The notes under the pieces are model-generated. The model had not been told where the DNA came from, ran no database searches, and saw only the letters and a program-made list of their open reading frames with translations. From Hydrurus foetidus (Eukaryota): 22,798 bases of DNA. How positions within the stretch are numbered: position 1 is the stretch's first letter; every line of letters starts with the position of its first letter. The stretch covers positions 62,001 to 84,798 of the forward strand of contig UYFQ01000242.1 in NCBI GenBank assembly GCA_900617105.1, written 5' to 3'. Below, one piece after another: positions 21,517 through 22,798 of this stretch. The position numbers were made by a program, and so were the translations under genes.

Positions 21517-21853
21517 TGTAGGGGCTGTCTAGTTATTAGTGTGTGGCTCCCTCAGGGTCTGCTACCCCATTCAGCCGATTAGATGCTGTTTCCACCTTAG
21601 TACCTTCGTGTTCACAGCCACGACTATCAGTCACTAGCTAGTTTGTGCTGCTTTGCAGAAGTTACTAGCGTACCTTCTGCTTTCTCCCTAACTAACCAGC
21701 TTCTTTTAGCCTTTAGACTTCCCTTCTCTCTAGCCCTCCAAGGTCACAGTAGATCTACTTCCTTTAGTTTCTCTTCTTTAGACCCTATCCTCCTACTCTA
21801 AGCTACCATCCTCTACGCTACCCTGCTGCCCTAACTCTCCCGATTACCCTGCG
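21517..21853 (+). repeat. Probable 5' LTR of a third related Gypsy element (G3)
   Basis: Starts TGTAGGG and ends CCCTGCG (two transitions from CCCTACA); pyrimidine-rich like the G1 LTR; shares CTAGCTAGT and AGAAGTTAC with it in the same order. Confidence 0.55.
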
Positions 21854-21942
21854 TGGAGAATTTCGAATTTTATTCGAAATTCTCGTTTGCGAGCAATTCT
21901 TACTATCGCGAGCAAGTCTCCGAAGTCTGGTCGCCGTAAACT

Positions 21943-22287
21943 TAGTCACTCGGAATCTTCCGATACTTGACTATTTTGTGGTTGCTTGAGTTTCATCTCA
22001 GCAATCCCATACTATTGTGCAGAGTTAACTCCGTTAACTTCTGCCCAGTTTCGCTTCAAGCTTGCTTGATTGACGTCCGTGGATAGCTTTGTCTTCCACG
22101 CCGTTCTCGTAGTCACTCGGGTTGAGATTTCTCTCCCGATACTTGACTGTCTTGTGGTTGCTTGAGTTTCATCTCAGCAATCCCAAATTTTTGTGCAGAG
22201 TTAACTCCGTGAACTTCTACCCATCTTTCGCCTCAAGCTTTGCTTGGCTGACGTCCGTGGATGGCTTCGTCTTCCACGCCGTTCTCG
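21943..22287 (+). repeat. Tandem duplication (~167 + ~178 bp) of a multi-hairpin unit, probably a retroelement 5' leader
   Basis: Units 21943-22109 and 22110-22287 (TAGTCACTCGG...TTCCACGCCGTTCTCG), bracketed by CGAGCAAGTCTCC at ~21909 and ~22297. Confidence 0.9.
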
Positions 22288-22639
22288 TGGTTGGTCGAGC
22301 AAGTCTCCCAATCCCGGCTCATCCTGTACGGATTGATCCATTCATCCGTCCAGACCTTACTTGACTTATTTGACTTCGCCTAATCGTCTGTTTGATTTTC
22401 ATCCAAACGGCACGAGGCGAAGCCCTTGCAAAAAAATTTTGGCGACTCTCGCCATTTAAATTGTCAAGACATAAGTCATCTAACGATGCCGTTATCCGAC
22501 GACTCCTCGGAGGTCTCGCCGTCGCTCGCCGAGTAATTACTCCGATAAGAACCGGCGGCGACGGTTGCGACAATCCAGTCGACAACGACAACACCGACAG
22601 CAGTAGCTGCGTCTGATGAAACTAACCGACCGGTATTCC

Positions 22640-22798
22640 TGTAGCCTCACTGTATCTGTACTGCATGTACGGATACACTGTGACTGTATACTATACCTGT
22701 ACTGTAGATTCTAGAACGGACCCAAAGTCCGGTACAGTTTTCTTTTCTTTCGTTTCCACGCGAGTACAAATCACTGTAGATACTACTGCATGTTTCTC
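22640..22798 (+). repeat. Probable start of another nested LTR (G4), running off the window
   Basis: Begins TGTAGCC, the same first 7 bp as the G1 and G2 LTRs, at an abrupt change to TGTA/GTAC-rich composition. Confidence 0.45.

Noticed and set aside
21985..22005. Hammerhead core in the tandem leader repeat (minus CTGAGATGAAAC); similar CTGATGAAAC at ~22613
   Set aside because: The first is not CUGANGA, and neither leaves room for stem II.
21943..22287. CRISPR-like array
   Set aside because: Only two long adjacent units, no repeat-spacer pattern, eukaryotic context, no cas genes.
22392..22616. ORF as G3 gag
   Set aside because: Position fits, but there is no ATG, no motif and an early stop; cannot be supported.

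Overview
Eukaryotic (intron-containing, probably stramenopile/ochrophyte-like; inference) genomic window. A two-gene host island sits between nested LTR-retrotransposon clusters. The island has a secreted DxD glycosyltransferase-like gene (+, 15906-17511, 1 intron) and a convergent SulP/SLC26 anion transporter (-, 21299-18681, 4 introns), separated by a ~400-bp MITE-like element. Left cluster: a chromodomain Ty3/Gypsy element (G1, +, 5'-disrupted, 3' LTR 4873-5090) interrupts the RT of a diatom-type (CoDi-like) Ty1/Copia element (-). Next to these is a complete, very young Gypsy chromovirus (G2, -, 9585-15765) with identical 273-bp LTRs and a TCAG target duplication. Right cluster: a related LTR (21517-21853) followed by a tandemly duplicated, highly structured leader, and a further TGTAGCC LTR start at 22640. 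Main observations: (1) G1 and G2 share a multibranch RNA structure right after the pol stop, with fully covarying stems and a 26/27-nt conserved core; (2) palindromes/hairpins occupy the position of the tRNA primer-binding site; (3) insertions lie head-to-head 140-220 bp upstream of both host start codons (Tf1-like); (4) three hairpins with an identical GAGCA loop precede the Copia gag; (5) all six TE frameshifts are single-base losses in short base runs, so they are probably assembly errors in otherwise open reading frames.
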